Shown: positions 19,083 through 28,337 of the stretch, one piece after another
Layout of the letters: each line of letters opens with the position of its first letter
How positions within the stretch are numbered: the stretch's first letter is position 1
NCBI GenBank assembly: GCA_045805065.1
Contig: JBJMMA010000234.1
Span: 1-45,951 of the forward strand
DNA: 45,951 bases
Direction of reading: 5' to 3'
Source of the DNA: Bdellovibrionia bacterium
GTDB taxonomy: Bacteria > Bdellovibrionota > UBA1018
Program-made: the position numbers and the translations under genes
The notes under the pieces: generated by a model
Database searches by the model: none
What the model saw: only the letters and a program-made list of their open reading frames with translations
What the model was told of the DNA's origin: nothing

Positions 19083-20374
19083 CTGGCCTGGGTAAAGGCA
19101 TACAGTTAAAGCACATGGGTCTCAAGGATATCCAAACAAAACGAAAGCTGGATTCCTACATCGGGATCCCGGCAATGATTTGCCTTCAGATCCTCGCTCG
19201 TGGATTGGGCTACATCCTGAGACGCAATCATCGTAATGAGCCTGTTCAAACGGCAGTTGTGATCAAGTTTCAAGGAATGGGCTCACTGGCCATTGCAAAA
19301 CCAGCACTCGCTGAATTCAAATCCAGGCATCCAAATTGCCGCGTTGTTTTTTGGGGAAGCGCCGGTACCTGCGCATTAGCTCGCCTTATGCCCGAGTTTG
19401 ATGAGGTCATTGAGTTGAATGACCGCAGCATCATCCGTGCTTTCCCATCCCTCCTAAAATCGCTGATATGCATCTGGCGGCAGCACCCGGATTGGGTTTT
19501 TGATCTTGAGGTATATTCAAAACTGTCTTCGATCTTCGCCTTGCTGACCCTGGGAAGAAATCGTGCAGGCTTTGCACTTGAAACGGTAAGCCTCAGACGC
19601 AACCTTCATACTCATCTTGTATTCTTTAACCGCCACTATTATTTGGGCCGTGCCTATCTGACTTTGCTCGAGCTTCCATCAAACTCCTCGAAAACGGAAA
19701 GCCCCGCAACGTTCGCAAAAGAAACTCTTTGGAAATTTGATTTCAAACCTCTCGAGCAGCTCAATGGAAAGCCCTATATTGTCATCAATCCCCACGCAGG
19801 AGGTCTCTCGCTCGAGCGCCGTTGGCCGATCGAATCTTTCAACTCCCTGATTCAGGTCCTGCTTAAGAAATATCCTTCACATCAGCTTGTCTTAATTGGC
19901 CATGGGCAGGATGAGGTCGAACATCAGAAGTCCCTGCTCAAACACGAGCGCGTGATCAACCTCACTCATCAACTCACACTCAAAGAGCTCATTCAATGTA
20001 TCTCGTTTGCAGATGTCTTAATCTCCAATGATACAGGGCCGCTTCATTTAGGAGTGCTATGCAAGACTCCCGCAGTTGCTCTTTTCGGACCGACATCGTC
20101 AAATACCTACTTGCCGGAACGTCCGACAATCAAGGCTCTCACCAAAAACCTTTATTGCTCTCCCTGCGTTCATTACTGGTGGCCCTCTCCCTGCAATTCG
20201 GACAATCAATGCATGAAGCGAATCAAGGTTGACGAAGTTGTTCGAGCCGTTGAAGAACTGATGGAAACATCGGCCACCCTTTCAATGCCCGTCAACGAGC
20301 CTTTTGAGACTGAGAAGTCCGCTTATCGCCCGGGTCTGGTCTATACAGCCATGACGGAAGAACAAGCCGACTAG
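19079..20374 (+). CDS. Glycosyltransferase family 9 (heptosyltransferase-like)
   Basis: INPHAG....RRWP, ISNDTGPLHL, ALFGPT, CSPC..C...CM. Start is TTG 19079 (overlapping the upstream stop) or ATG 19115. Confidence 0.92.
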   Translation: MTGLGKGIQLKHMGLKDIQTKRKLDSYIGIPAMICLQILARGLGYILRRNHRNEPVQTAVVIKFQGMGSLAIAKPALAEFKSRHPNCRVVFWGSAGTCALARLMPEFDEVIELNDRSIIRAFPSLLKSLICIWRQHPDWVFDLEVYSKLSSIFALLTLGRNRAGFALETVSLRRNLHTHLVFFNRHYYLGRAYLTLLELPSNSSKTESPATFAKETLWKFDFKPLEQLNGKPYIVINPHAGGLSLERRWPIESFNSLIQVLLKKYPSHQLVLIGHGQDEVEHQKSLLKHERVINLTHQLTLKELIQCISFADVLISNDTGPLHLGVLCKTPAVALFGPTSSNTYLPERPTIKALTKNLYCSPCVHYWWPSPCNSDNQCMKRIKVDEVVRAVEELMETSATLSMPVNEPFETEKSAYRPGLVYTAMTEEQAD

Positions 20375-20378
20375 AGTA

Positions 20379-22271
20379 CTAGTCAATTTTGACCACGTAA
20401 TAGCGACCTTTCGCCACTACAAGGTCGTGAGCTTTCTTCCAATCCAGGTACTCAAAGAATTCAAGATGATGCGGATACCAGTATTTATGGAAATCCTTAA
20501 CGCCAGGTACCGACTTGTAGCTGTTCCAGAAATGACGGCTGTACTGACAAGAACTCTGATCGGGATCCTCAAAAACCAGATATTGAATCCCTTGCATGCG
20601 AAAATAGTCATCAATTTTCTTGGGTGTCAGGCTTGTCTTAAAACCATGTCCAGGGCTGGCGCAACCTGGAACATCCAGCAAAGTAAATTGAGTCTTCGCG
20701 AAATCGAACAGAAATGGATGCTCGACGGCAAGGGCGACTCTTCCATCCTGAGGTATTGCAGATTGAAGATCAGCGTATCTTCCGCGAAGTTCTTTGAAAG
20801 GGTCAGTCACGCCTTGATGGATGGTTTGTAAAATAGTTTCACTGTCGATCAGGAAGAACTGATGTATCGAAAATCTTATATCGACGACAAGCACCAAGAG
20901 CATCACAAAACTCAGACCAGCGGAAACACGATAAGCCCACTCCTTTGCTTTCTTGGGCCAGGACCAATCCAGATCTGACGCCATTAGCTCCGCGAATATA
21001 AAGAAAGCCGTTCCCGAGAACAGGGGATACGCATAGCGGTAGACACTCTGGTGGTCGTAAGTTGCACGAAGGTTAAAGGCGAGCGCCCCGAGTATCGAGA
21101 ACGCTGTGATCAATCCAGAGAACAACCACAGTCGATTCCTCAGATGGAAGAACGCGGCGCAAGCCAGCACCAACATCATGTTCAGTTGAGCTGCTTCAGC
21201 TGTGAGCTTGAGATAGCGAAAGATCTCAATGTTGTCTGGCGTGTCAAAAGTGCCATAGCTTGGATCATAGTTCCCTTGGATGATAGGAAAGAAAGGCGTC
21301 CCTGATGAGTGGTAAAGCATCCAGGCCCCAGGCAAAACTCCAGCGACCAAGGTGAGGATCGCATACCCCAGGGAGGCATCCCTCTTGAGAAAGATCTTGT
21401 AGATGAACGGAATTGATAAAAAGAGCAACGCAGCGGCAAAATCGCTGGCGCGGCATTGCGACAACGCACAAGCGAGCACGCCCAGCAAGATGGCATAGCG
21501 GGACTTTAGACTTGAGTCGCAAGCTTCATAGAGCTTTGCAGTAGCCAAAATGCCAAAGACCAGAACAGTTCCTGAAAGCTCGGATGCAATATTGATATAG
21601 GGATGCTCGGCCCACAAAAAGATCGTGCAAAGAAGGCAAGCCGCGATAATCCGAGCTGACTTTTGCCTGATCCACTCAAAGATAAAGGCCGTTCCTAATA
21701 AAAGCATGAACGCCCTTTCAAAGCCCCATAAGTAGTACTCTTTCAAAGGCAAGACGAAGAAGGACTGCAATATTGACTGTCCACCGTAAGCTGCAAGCCT
21801 TCTTAAGCTAAAAGGGCTCGAGAAATTGCCACGATCCAGGATCATCCGAACTTCCGGGACATATGCCAGAAAGTCATCGTAACAATTAAAGGAACGCACC
21901 GCCATGGACTTCAGGCACATCAGTGCCGCAGAAGCGAACATGATGAGAATAAACGTGATTTGAAAGGCTCTGAAAAAAGGATTCAGTTTCTCACAATCAG
22001 AGTAATCTGGATTTTTGCGAACCCGAAGATATGAAACAGCACAATTCGCAGTTCCTGCGAATAGCCAAATCCACCACGCCATTCGGGGTGAGCCAGGAAC
22101 AATTGCCAAGTAAAAGCTTCCAAAGCAGCAAGTCAGGGCAAGGCCCCAGATCACTTGAAGAGGCCAGATGACCTTCTGCTCGCGCTCCTTTACGAAATGC
22201 TCTGCGATACATCGCCCCCACCCAATCATCGATAGGAGCAGGAAAGTCCAAAATAGGAGAGGCATCAGCAT
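20379..22271 (-). CDS. Polytopic membrane protein, possible GT-C fold glycosyltransferase
   Basis: More than 12 hydrophobic segments, YDDF.AY acidic loop, G.PFFP and YRY..P motifs, soluble C-terminal domain. Confidence 0.55.
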   Translation of the reverse strand: MLMPLLFWTFLLLSMIGWGRCIAEHFVKEREQKVIWPLQVIWGLALTCCFGSFYLAIVPGSPRMAWWIWLFAGTANCAVSYLRVRKNPDYSDCEKLNPFFRAFQITFILIMFASAALMCLKSMAVRSFNCYDDFLAYVPEVRMILDRGNFSSPFSLRRLAAYGGQSILQSFFVLPLKEYYLWGFERAFMLLLGTAFIFEWIRQKSARIIAACLLCTIFLWAEHPYINIASELSGTVLVFGILATAKLYEACDSSLKSRYAILLGVLACALSQCRASDFAAALLFLSIPFIYKIFLKRDASLGYAILTLVAGVLPGAWMLYHSSGTPFFPIIQGNYDPSYGTFDTPDNIEIFRYLKLTAEAAQLNMMLVLACAAFFHLRNRLWLFSGLITAFSILGALAFNLRATYDHQSVYRYAYPLFSGTAFFIFAELMASDLDWSWPKKAKEWAYRVSAGLSFVMLLVLVVDIRFSIHQFFLIDSETILQTIHQGVTDPFKELRGRYADLQSAIPQDGRVALAVEHPFLFDFAKTQFTLLDVPGCASPGHGFKTSLTPKKIDDYFRMQGIQYLVFEDPDQSSCQYSRHFWNSYKSVPGVKDFHKYWYPHHLEFFEYLDWKKAHDLVVAKGRYYVVKID

Positions 22272-22273
22272 TC

Positions 22274-23155
22274 TTAAGACCTCCGGGTCTTTTCTGCGAC
22301 CCAGAGATACTCGCCAAACCCAGCTGTCACTTGGATTTGTCCAATGAAGGCCGGAATCCTATCTCTCGCCCATGCTGATACTTTTCTGAAAGGGATAGGT
22401 CCAAATCCGCTGGCTACCGCTAGCAAATAGTCGATAGAGAGAGTCTTGTTGAGATATTGCAAACGGATCGTCTGCAGGCCAGCAGCCTGCGCGAGTCGCT
22501 CAATTGAGCCACTGCTGAAATAGTATAGATGCTCCAACTTATACTGTGGCCAAATTCTTCCCAGGATTCGGCGGGAGAGAGAATCTGCCGCCGGGAAAGT
22601 AGCAACTATCATTCCCTGGTCCTCCAAGTGACCGCATATCCCTTTTACAGTCTCGATGGGTTTCCGAAGATGCTCGATGAGATCAAAACAAAGGATGGCT
22701 TCGTACTTCTCGCCTGGCGAATTCTGGGTTTGATCAAGCCAGTGCTCGATACTAAGGTTGATGAAACGACATTTCAAATCGCGGTAATGATGCGAGCACC
22801 CATCCCCTGCTTCCAACGCCGTAATATCTGCAGTCGGCGCAAGCGCAGTCAGAGCGACAACACAATCACCTTCCGCGGAACCTACTTCAAGCACGCGTTT
22901 TGATGCAAAAGATACCGGCAGTGACCTGAGTAACCTTGAAAAGAACTCCAATTTCGGTCGGGTTCCAGACTCACGTCGCTTGTAATATGAAGCATACTGC
23001 TCGCTCAGCCACAGATGAGATGGCTGGGGATTCAAATACTCAAGGCCACACCGTTTGCACGCAAGGAGATAGACCTCTTCCTTTTCCTTCTGTGCGAAGA
23101 GCCTGACAGCGTGGGCTGAACCTATACAAAATGGGCACGCCTCTGTCGGTGACAT
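22274..23155 (-). CDS. Class I SAM-dependent methyltransferase with N-terminal zinc ribbon
   Basis: CPFC and CKRC, VLEVGSAEG, FDLIEHL..P, EHLYYFS; type common in glycan clusters. Confidence 0.9.
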   Translation of the reverse strand: MSPTEACPFCIGSAHAVRLFAQKEKEEVYLLACKRCGLEYLNPQPSHLWLSEQYASYYKRRESGTRPKLEFFSRLLRSLPVSFASKRVLEVGSAEGDCVVALTALAPTADITALEAGDGCSHHYRDLKCRFINLSIEHWLDQTQNSPGEKYEAILCFDLIEHLRKPIETVKGICGHLEDQGMIVATFPAADSLSRRILGRIWPQYKLEHLYYFSSGSIERLAQAAGLQTIRLQYLNKTLSIDYLLAVASGFGPIPFRKVSAWARDRIPAFIGQIQVTAGFGEYLWVAEKTRRS

Positions 23156-23160
23156 GAGTA

Positions 23161-24174
23161 TCAGCCTTTGTCGTTCACAATCTGACTTAACTGCTTTTGG
23201 GTAACGCCCAGAAGTGCGGCGGCCTCTTTCTTTTTCCCGCCTGTCTTTTCCAGTGCAGCACGTGCATAGGCTTGCTCAACCGGAGCAATGATGTCCTTTA
23301 GGCTAACTTTTCCTTTTGAAAAATCTGGTGCAGGAACTTCAAGTACTTGAGCAACCTGAGAGCCAGGCGATGTGGCCTGGTCATCGTTGCGAGACGGTCG
23401 AGATAAAGAAGCATTTGAACGAACGGCACTTGGAAGAGACTCAAAACCGATCTGCTCGCCATTCTCCAGTGTGACGGAGCGCTCAAGCACGTTCTCAAGC
23501 TCGCGCACGTTGCCCGGCCAACTATAGCTCTCAAGAGCAAGCATCGCTTGTTCAGAGATACCCTTTACGTCCTTTTTTTGCTTGGCAGCAAACTTTTCCG
23601 CGAATTTCTGCGCAAGAAGGCGAACGTCACCTGGCCGCTCACGAAGCGGTGGTGTCTTGATCAGAAGAACGTTCAGGCGATAGTAGAGGTCTTCACGAAA
23701 GGTGCCTTTAGCTACAGCAGCTTCCAGGTCACGGTTCGTCGCGGCGATAATTCGGACATCCACTCGGATGTCCTCTGTTCCGCCCACTTTCCGAAATACG
23801 CGTTCTTGAATGGCACGAAGAAGTTTCACCTGCATGGAAAGCGGCAACTCGCCCACCTCGTCCAAGAAAAGGGTTCCGCCGTGAGCTGCTTCGAAAAGAC
23901 CGGCTTTCTCGGCAACCGCTCCGGTGAAGCTTCCTCTGCGATGACCGAACATTTCGCTCTCAATCAGCGTTTCAGGAATCGCACCGCAGTTGACCGGAAT
24001 AAAAGGCTTTCCCTTGAGAGGACCGTAGTCGTGAATCATTCTCGCGACGAGTTCTTTGCCGGTTCCGCTCTCACCAATGATCAGGACGTTAGTCTTGGAT
24101 GGAGACACACGCTTGATCATATCCAGCATCTGCTTGACGGGAAGCGATGATCCTAAAATTTCACGGGTGCTCAT
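23161..24174 (-). CDS. Sigma54 enhancer-binding protein, PilR-like, lacking the receiver domain
   Basis: GESGTGKE, ESEMFGH..GSFTGA, LFLDEVGE, FREDLYYRLNV, WPGNVRELEN, Fis-type HTH; AAA+ domain starts at about residue 5; TAATG overlap with pilC. Confidence 0.92.
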   Translation of the reverse strand: MSTREILGSSLPVKQMLDMIKRVSPSKTNVLIIGESGTGKELVARMIHDYGPLKGKPFIPVNCGAIPETLIESEMFGHRRGSFTGAVAEKAGLFEAAHGGTLFLDEVGELPLSMQVKLLRAIQERVFRKVGGTEDIRVDVRIIAATNRDLEAAVAKGTFREDLYYRLNVLLIKTPPLRERPGDVRLLAQKFAEKFAAKQKKDVKGISEQAMLALESYSWPGNVRELENVLERSVTLENGEQIGFESLPSAVRSNASLSRPSRNDDQATSPGSQVAQVLEVPAPDFSKGKVSLKDIIAPVEQAYARAALEKTGGKKKEAAALLGVTQKQLSQIVNDKG

Positions 24175-25409
24175 TAAGCTGCGCCTCCTGCCATCGTGAA
24201 GATCGGCATGTACATTGCGATCATCAGGCCGCCGACCATACCGCCCAGCACAACGAGAACAATCGGTTCAATCAATTTGGTCATCCCACCGACAAAGACT
24301 TCAACGTCAGACTCATAGAAGTCTGCGATCTTATCCAAGCTCTTATCGAGATTACCGGTGGACTCACCCACCATGACCATCTGTGCGGCCATTTTCGGAA
24401 ATACGTCCATTTTCAGAAGAACTGCTCCCAGCGTCTTACCGCCTTCGACCTCGGCACGGATTCTGCCGATCGCGTCCTCGAGAATCGCGTTGTCAGCGGC
24501 GTTTCTGCAGATATCGATTGCATCAACCAGGTTCACGCCAGAAGACAGAAGCGTCTGCAGCGTACGACAAAAACGAGCAACACCGGATTTTTGAGCCAGT
24601 ACGCCGAAAATAGGCGAATTAAAGACGATTCGATCCTTAACGGTGCGCCCCTCTTTCGTCGCGACATAAGCTTTGTAGGCGTAAATCAATCCCGCAACTC
24701 CGCCCGCAAGAAACAGGAAGTTATGCTGCACAAAGTGAGACATGTCGATCACGAACTGCGTGACTACAGGAAGCTGCTGTCCACTTTGTTTAAGCATTTC
24801 CTCGAATTTTGGAATAACGAAAACCAGCATCACCACCATGACGCCGATACCAATACATGTAACGATGATCGGGTACATCATCGCGCCCTTGATCATTCTT
24901 TTCAGCCGATCCTCGTCCTCAAGATACTTACTGAGGCGCTTGAGCATCTGATCCATCGAACCTGAGGCCTCACCTGCGCGAATCAGCGAAACATAGAGAT
25001 TTGAGAACGCTTTAGGATAAGCACCCATGGTTTCCCAAAGATAAGAGCCTTGGGAAACTTTTTCTCTCAATTGAGAAAGCACATCCCGCATCCCCGGATG
25101 ATTCGACTGCTCAATCAGGATTTCAAGCCCTTGAACAAGCGGAATACCTGAGCTGATCAAAAGCTGGAGCTGACGCGTAAAAAGAACAACAATAGGTACA
25201 GGGATCCTGACACGATTTAAGTCGCCACCTCGTGCGGTCTTAATGCCGAATTTCGCAGCCGCGCCACCGCCACGAGCCAATGAGATCGACTTTGGACGCA
25301 CACCTTGAGCGTGCAAAGCCATACGAAACTCACCCTCGTTGGTAGCTTCGAGCTCTCCTTTGACCTGTTTTCCTTGGCGATCAACGCCGGTGTAAACGAA
25401 TATTGGCAT
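24174..25409 (-). CDS. pilC: Type IV pilus platform protein PilC
   Basis: FTRQL..LISSGIPL, AGEASG, GAMMYP, VGESTGNL, IEP...AMYMPIF. Confidence 0.97.
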   Translation of the reverse strand: MPIFVYTGVDRQGKQVKGELEATNEGEFRMALHAQGVRPKSISLARGGGAAAKFGIKTARGGDLNRVRIPVPIVVLFTRQLQLLISSGIPLVQGLEILIEQSNHPGMRDVLSQLREKVSQGSYLWETMGAYPKAFSNLYVSLIRAGEASGSMDQMLKRLSKYLEDEDRLKRMIKGAMMYPIIVTCIGIGVMVVMLVFVIPKFEEMLKQSGQQLPVVTQFVIDMSHFVQHNFLFLAGGVAGLIYAYKAYVATKEGRTVKDRIVFNSPIFGVLAQKSGVARFCRTLQTLLSSGVNLVDAIDICRNAADNAILEDAIGRIRAEVEGGKTLGAVLLKMDVFPKMAAQMVMVGESTGNLDKSLDKIADFYESDVEVFVGGMTKLIEPIVLVVLGGMVGGLMIAMYMPIFTMAGGAA

Positions 25410-25415
25410 AAGTTA

Positions 25416-26498
25416 TTAAGTCCTAACCTGGCCCCCCAGCATCTTGAGAAGCTCTTCGGGCACAAAGCTGTATTCAAGAGCATCCTGCTGAGAGAGAACT
25501 CTTTCTCGAACTAGGCGATAGAGCGATTGATTCATGGTCTGCATGCCGGTGTCGTCCTGCCCTGCCTGCATGGAAGAATAAATCTGATGAATCTTGTCTT
25601 CGCGGATCAGTGACCGAATCGCCATGGTGGGTATCATGATTTCCATGGCCATCGTGCGACCATTGCCAAAGCTTCTTGGAATGAGCTGCTGGGACACCAC
25701 GGCTTGAAGCGTGAAAGACAAAAGCTGCCGGATTTGTGATTGCTGGTGGGGTGGAAAAACGTTCACCATACGATTGATGGACTGAACGGCGTTATTGGTG
25801 TGAAGCGTGGCAAAAACAAGATGTCCCGTCTCGGCCATGGTCAACGCCATTTCAATGGTCTCGGCATCACGCAACTCCCCGACCAGGACAAAGTCAGGGT
25901 CCTGACGAAGAATACGCTTCAGCGCGGATGAAAAGCTTTTGGTATCGACGCCCACTTCGCGTTGATTGACGACGCAATTCTTGTGAGGATGCACGAATTC
26001 GATCGGATCCTCGACCGTGATCAAATGGCCGTATTCTTCCCGGTTCAGAATATCGAGCAAAGCGGCAAGCGTCGTCGACTTACCACTTCCTGTAGGACCT
26101 GTGACCAGCACCAATCCGTTGGGTCTCCGAATCACCTGTTTCAGGACCTGGGGAAGCTTGAGAGCATCAAAGTCCGGGATGTGCAGCGGAATTCGGCGAA
26201 ACACACCGGCCACTGCCCCACGCTGAAAAAACACGTTGGCACGAAAGCGTGCCAGATCCTTGATCCCGAACGAGAAGTCGATTTCGAGATTTCTCTCAAA
26301 CTCGAGCTTTTGCGAATCATTCATCACCGAGTAGCACAAATCCTTGCTCTCTTGATGAGTCAGCGACTCGCCTTTGACTTTTACCATCTTGCCCTGAATG
26401 CGGAACTCGGGAGGAACTCCTACCGTGACGTGGAGATCTGACGCATCCTGATCCACCATCGTTTTTAAGAGAGAAGGCAGATTAATCCGGCGCCCCAT
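25416..26498 (-). CDS. pilT: Retraction ATPase PilT
   Basis: ASDLH, GPTGSGKSTT, EDPIEF, RQDPD, ETGHLVFATLHT, AIRSLIRE, GMQTM. Confidence 0.97.
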   Translation of the reverse strand: MGRRINLPSLLKTMVDQDASDLHVTVGVPPEFRIQGKMVKVKGESLTHQESKDLCYSVMNDSQKLEFERNLEIDFSFGIKDLARFRANVFFQRGAVAGVFRRIPLHIPDFDALKLPQVLKQVIRRPNGLVLVTGPTGSGKSTTLAALLDILNREEYGHLITVEDPIEFVHPHKNCVVNQREVGVDTKSFSSALKRILRQDPDFVLVGELRDAETIEMALTMAETGHLVFATLHTNNAVQSINRMVNVFPPHQQSQIRQLLSFTLQAVVSQQLIPRSFGNGRTMAMEIMIPTMAIRSLIREDKIHQIYSSMQAGQDDTGMQTMNQSLYRLVRERVLSQQDALEYSFVPEELLKMLGGQVRT

Positions 26499-26502
26499 GA
26501 TG

Positions 26503-28221
26503 CTAGTTCTCCATTGTGAGTGACAGCGCTTCTTCTAACGTCGTTCTTCCTTCGGCGGCCTTTGCAATCGCGGACTGACGAAGCGTGCGCATGCCCTCTT
26601 TAATGGCCTGGCGCCTGATTTCAATGATGCTCTCGCCCTTCAGAACCATCTCTTTCAGAGTCTGACTGTAATCCAGAACTTCATAGATGGCGACACGGCC
26701 CTTGTAGCCGGTCTTGCCGCAGACTTCACAACCTGCTCCACGAGTAAATCTGGCTCCATCCAAGCTTGTGCCTTCAAGACCCGCATTATCGCAGATTTCC
26801 TTGATCTTGCTTTTGGGGATCGGCTGATCCGTTTTGCACTTAGCGCAAACGGTTCTGAGAAGACGTTGAGCAACGATGGTGTTGACGGACGCGACCACGA
26901 GGAATGGCTCCACGCCCATGTTCATCAGACGAGTGATCGTGCTCGGAGCATCGTTCGTGTGCAAGGTTGATAACACCAAGTGACCCGTGAGGGCGGCTTG
27001 AATCGACACTTCCGCCGTTTCATAGTCACGAATCTCACCCACGAGAACCGTATCCGGGTCCTGACGCAAAAGAGCGCGAAGCACGTTCGCAAAGGTCAGC
27101 CCGACTTCCTTGTTGATCTGAACCTGATTGATGCCTTCGAGGTTATATTCAACCGGGTCTTCGGCGGTGGAAATGTTGTCGGTGATCTTATTGAGCTCCG
27201 AGAGAGCAGAATAAAGAGTCGTCGTCTTACCGCTACCTGTAGGACCGGTAACCAAGACCATTCCGTTTGGAGCATAAATCCCCTTCTGGAACGTCTCCAG
27301 CTGCTGAGGCTCAAACCCGAGCTTCAAAAGATCGAGCTGCAGATTGCCGGTGCTCAACATACGAAGAACGATCTTCTCGCCGAAGAGCGTAGGCATCGTG
27401 TTGACACGAAAATCGATCACCTTTCCGCCGGTCTTGAGCTTGATACGACCGTCTTGAGGGACGCGCGTCTCAGCGATATCCATGCGGGACATGATCTTAA
27501 AACGCGCGACAACCGCGCGCTTGAGCTCAAGCGGAATACGTGTGACTTCGATCAGGACGCCGTCACAACGAAGACGAACGCGGAATTGCTTTTCATAAGG
27601 CTCAACGTGAATATCGCTGGCGCCACGGCGAATGCCTTCACCCAGGATACCGTTGACCAGACTGATGACGGGCGCATCTTCGGATCCGACGACCACATCG
27701 ATGTCGTGAACCTGGAACTGCTCCATTGCGACTGAAGTCTTGTCTTCAGTGGATTGGGAGCTTTTCTGGTACTTGTCGATCGCGGCAACCGAGTGCGCGA
27801 TACCTGCATAGTACTTGCCGAGCGCCGCATCAAACGCAGACACCGAAGTCAGCACGGACTCGATGTTCATTTTCACCGAGAGCTTGAGCGCTTCAAGGCC
27901 GGAGACGTTTGTCGGATCGCATACTGCGACGACAAGCGTGCCCTTGTTCTGCTGAATCGGAATCGCCTGCGCGCGCTTTGCCAGTTCTGGCGTAAAAAGG
28001 CGCAGGACATCCGAACTGATCTCAAACTTCGCGAGGTTAATGCTTGGAAGGCCGAATTTCTGGCTGAGATAATAGAGAAGCTTCGTCTCGGCGACATACT
28101 TCTTCTCGATCAGAAAGCGGATGTAGTCCTTCCCTTGCTTCGCACCTTCGGCGGCTTCATTGAACTGAGCTTGAGTGATGATGCGGTCCTTTAAAAGGAG
28201 CTCGGACAACTGTTTTGACAT
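26503..28221 (-). CDS. pilB: Extension ATPase PilB
   Basis: ASDIHVEP, PQDGRI, GPTGSGKTTT, EDPVEY, RQDPD, CAKC/CEVC zinc motif, GYKGR. Confidence 0.97.
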   Translation of the reverse strand: MSKQLSELLLKDRIITQAQFNEAAEGAKQGKDYIRFLIEKKYVAETKLLYYLSQKFGLPSINLAKFEISSDVLRLFTPELAKRAQAIPIQQNKGTLVVAVCDPTNVSGLEALKLSVKMNIESVLTSVSAFDAALGKYYAGIAHSVAAIDKYQKSSQSTEDKTSVAMEQFQVHDIDVVVGSEDAPVISLVNGILGEGIRRGASDIHVEPYEKQFRVRLRCDGVLIEVTRIPLELKRAVVARFKIMSRMDIAETRVPQDGRIKLKTGGKVIDFRVNTMPTLFGEKIVLRMLSTGNLQLDLLKLGFEPQQLETFQKGIYAPNGMVLVTGPTGSGKTTTLYSALSELNKITDNISTAEDPVEYNLEGINQVQINKEVGLTFANVLRALLRQDPDTVLVGEIRDYETAEVSIQAALTGHLVLSTLHTNDAPSTITRLMNMGVEPFLVVASVNTIVAQRLLRTVCAKCKTDQPIPKSKIKEICDNAGLEGTSLDGARFTRGAGCEVCGKTGYKGRVAIYEVLDYSQTLKEMVLKGESIIEIRRQAIKEGMRTLRQSAIAKAAEGRTTLEEALSLTMEN

Positions 28222-28231
28222 ATGGAATTTT

Positions 28232-28270
28232 TCTTATTTAAATTGTGAGTAAATAAGACCCTGATGTCAA
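28232..28270 (-). promoter_or_regulatory. Putative sigma70 promoter of pilB with overlapping inverted repeat
   Basis: Minus strand TTGACA(28270-28265)-N17-CACAAT(28247-28242). The repeat TCTTATTTA-N9-TAAATAAGA (28232-28258) brackets the -10. Confidence 0.55.
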
Positions 28271-28337
28271 GGCAGCTGGAGCGTTCGTTTTCACGCCTTT
28301 TTTACGTCATTTTAATGACAAGACAGAATTGAAACGA

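Noticed and set aside
12400..20378. Phase-variable invertible segment explaining the reversed pilA block
   Set aside because: I found no flanking inverted repeats and no recombinase gene; a fixed historical rearrangement is more likely.
28241..28249. AATTGTGAG resembling a lac operator half-site (vector contamination)
   Set aside because: Only 9 bp match and there is no other vector sequence nearby.
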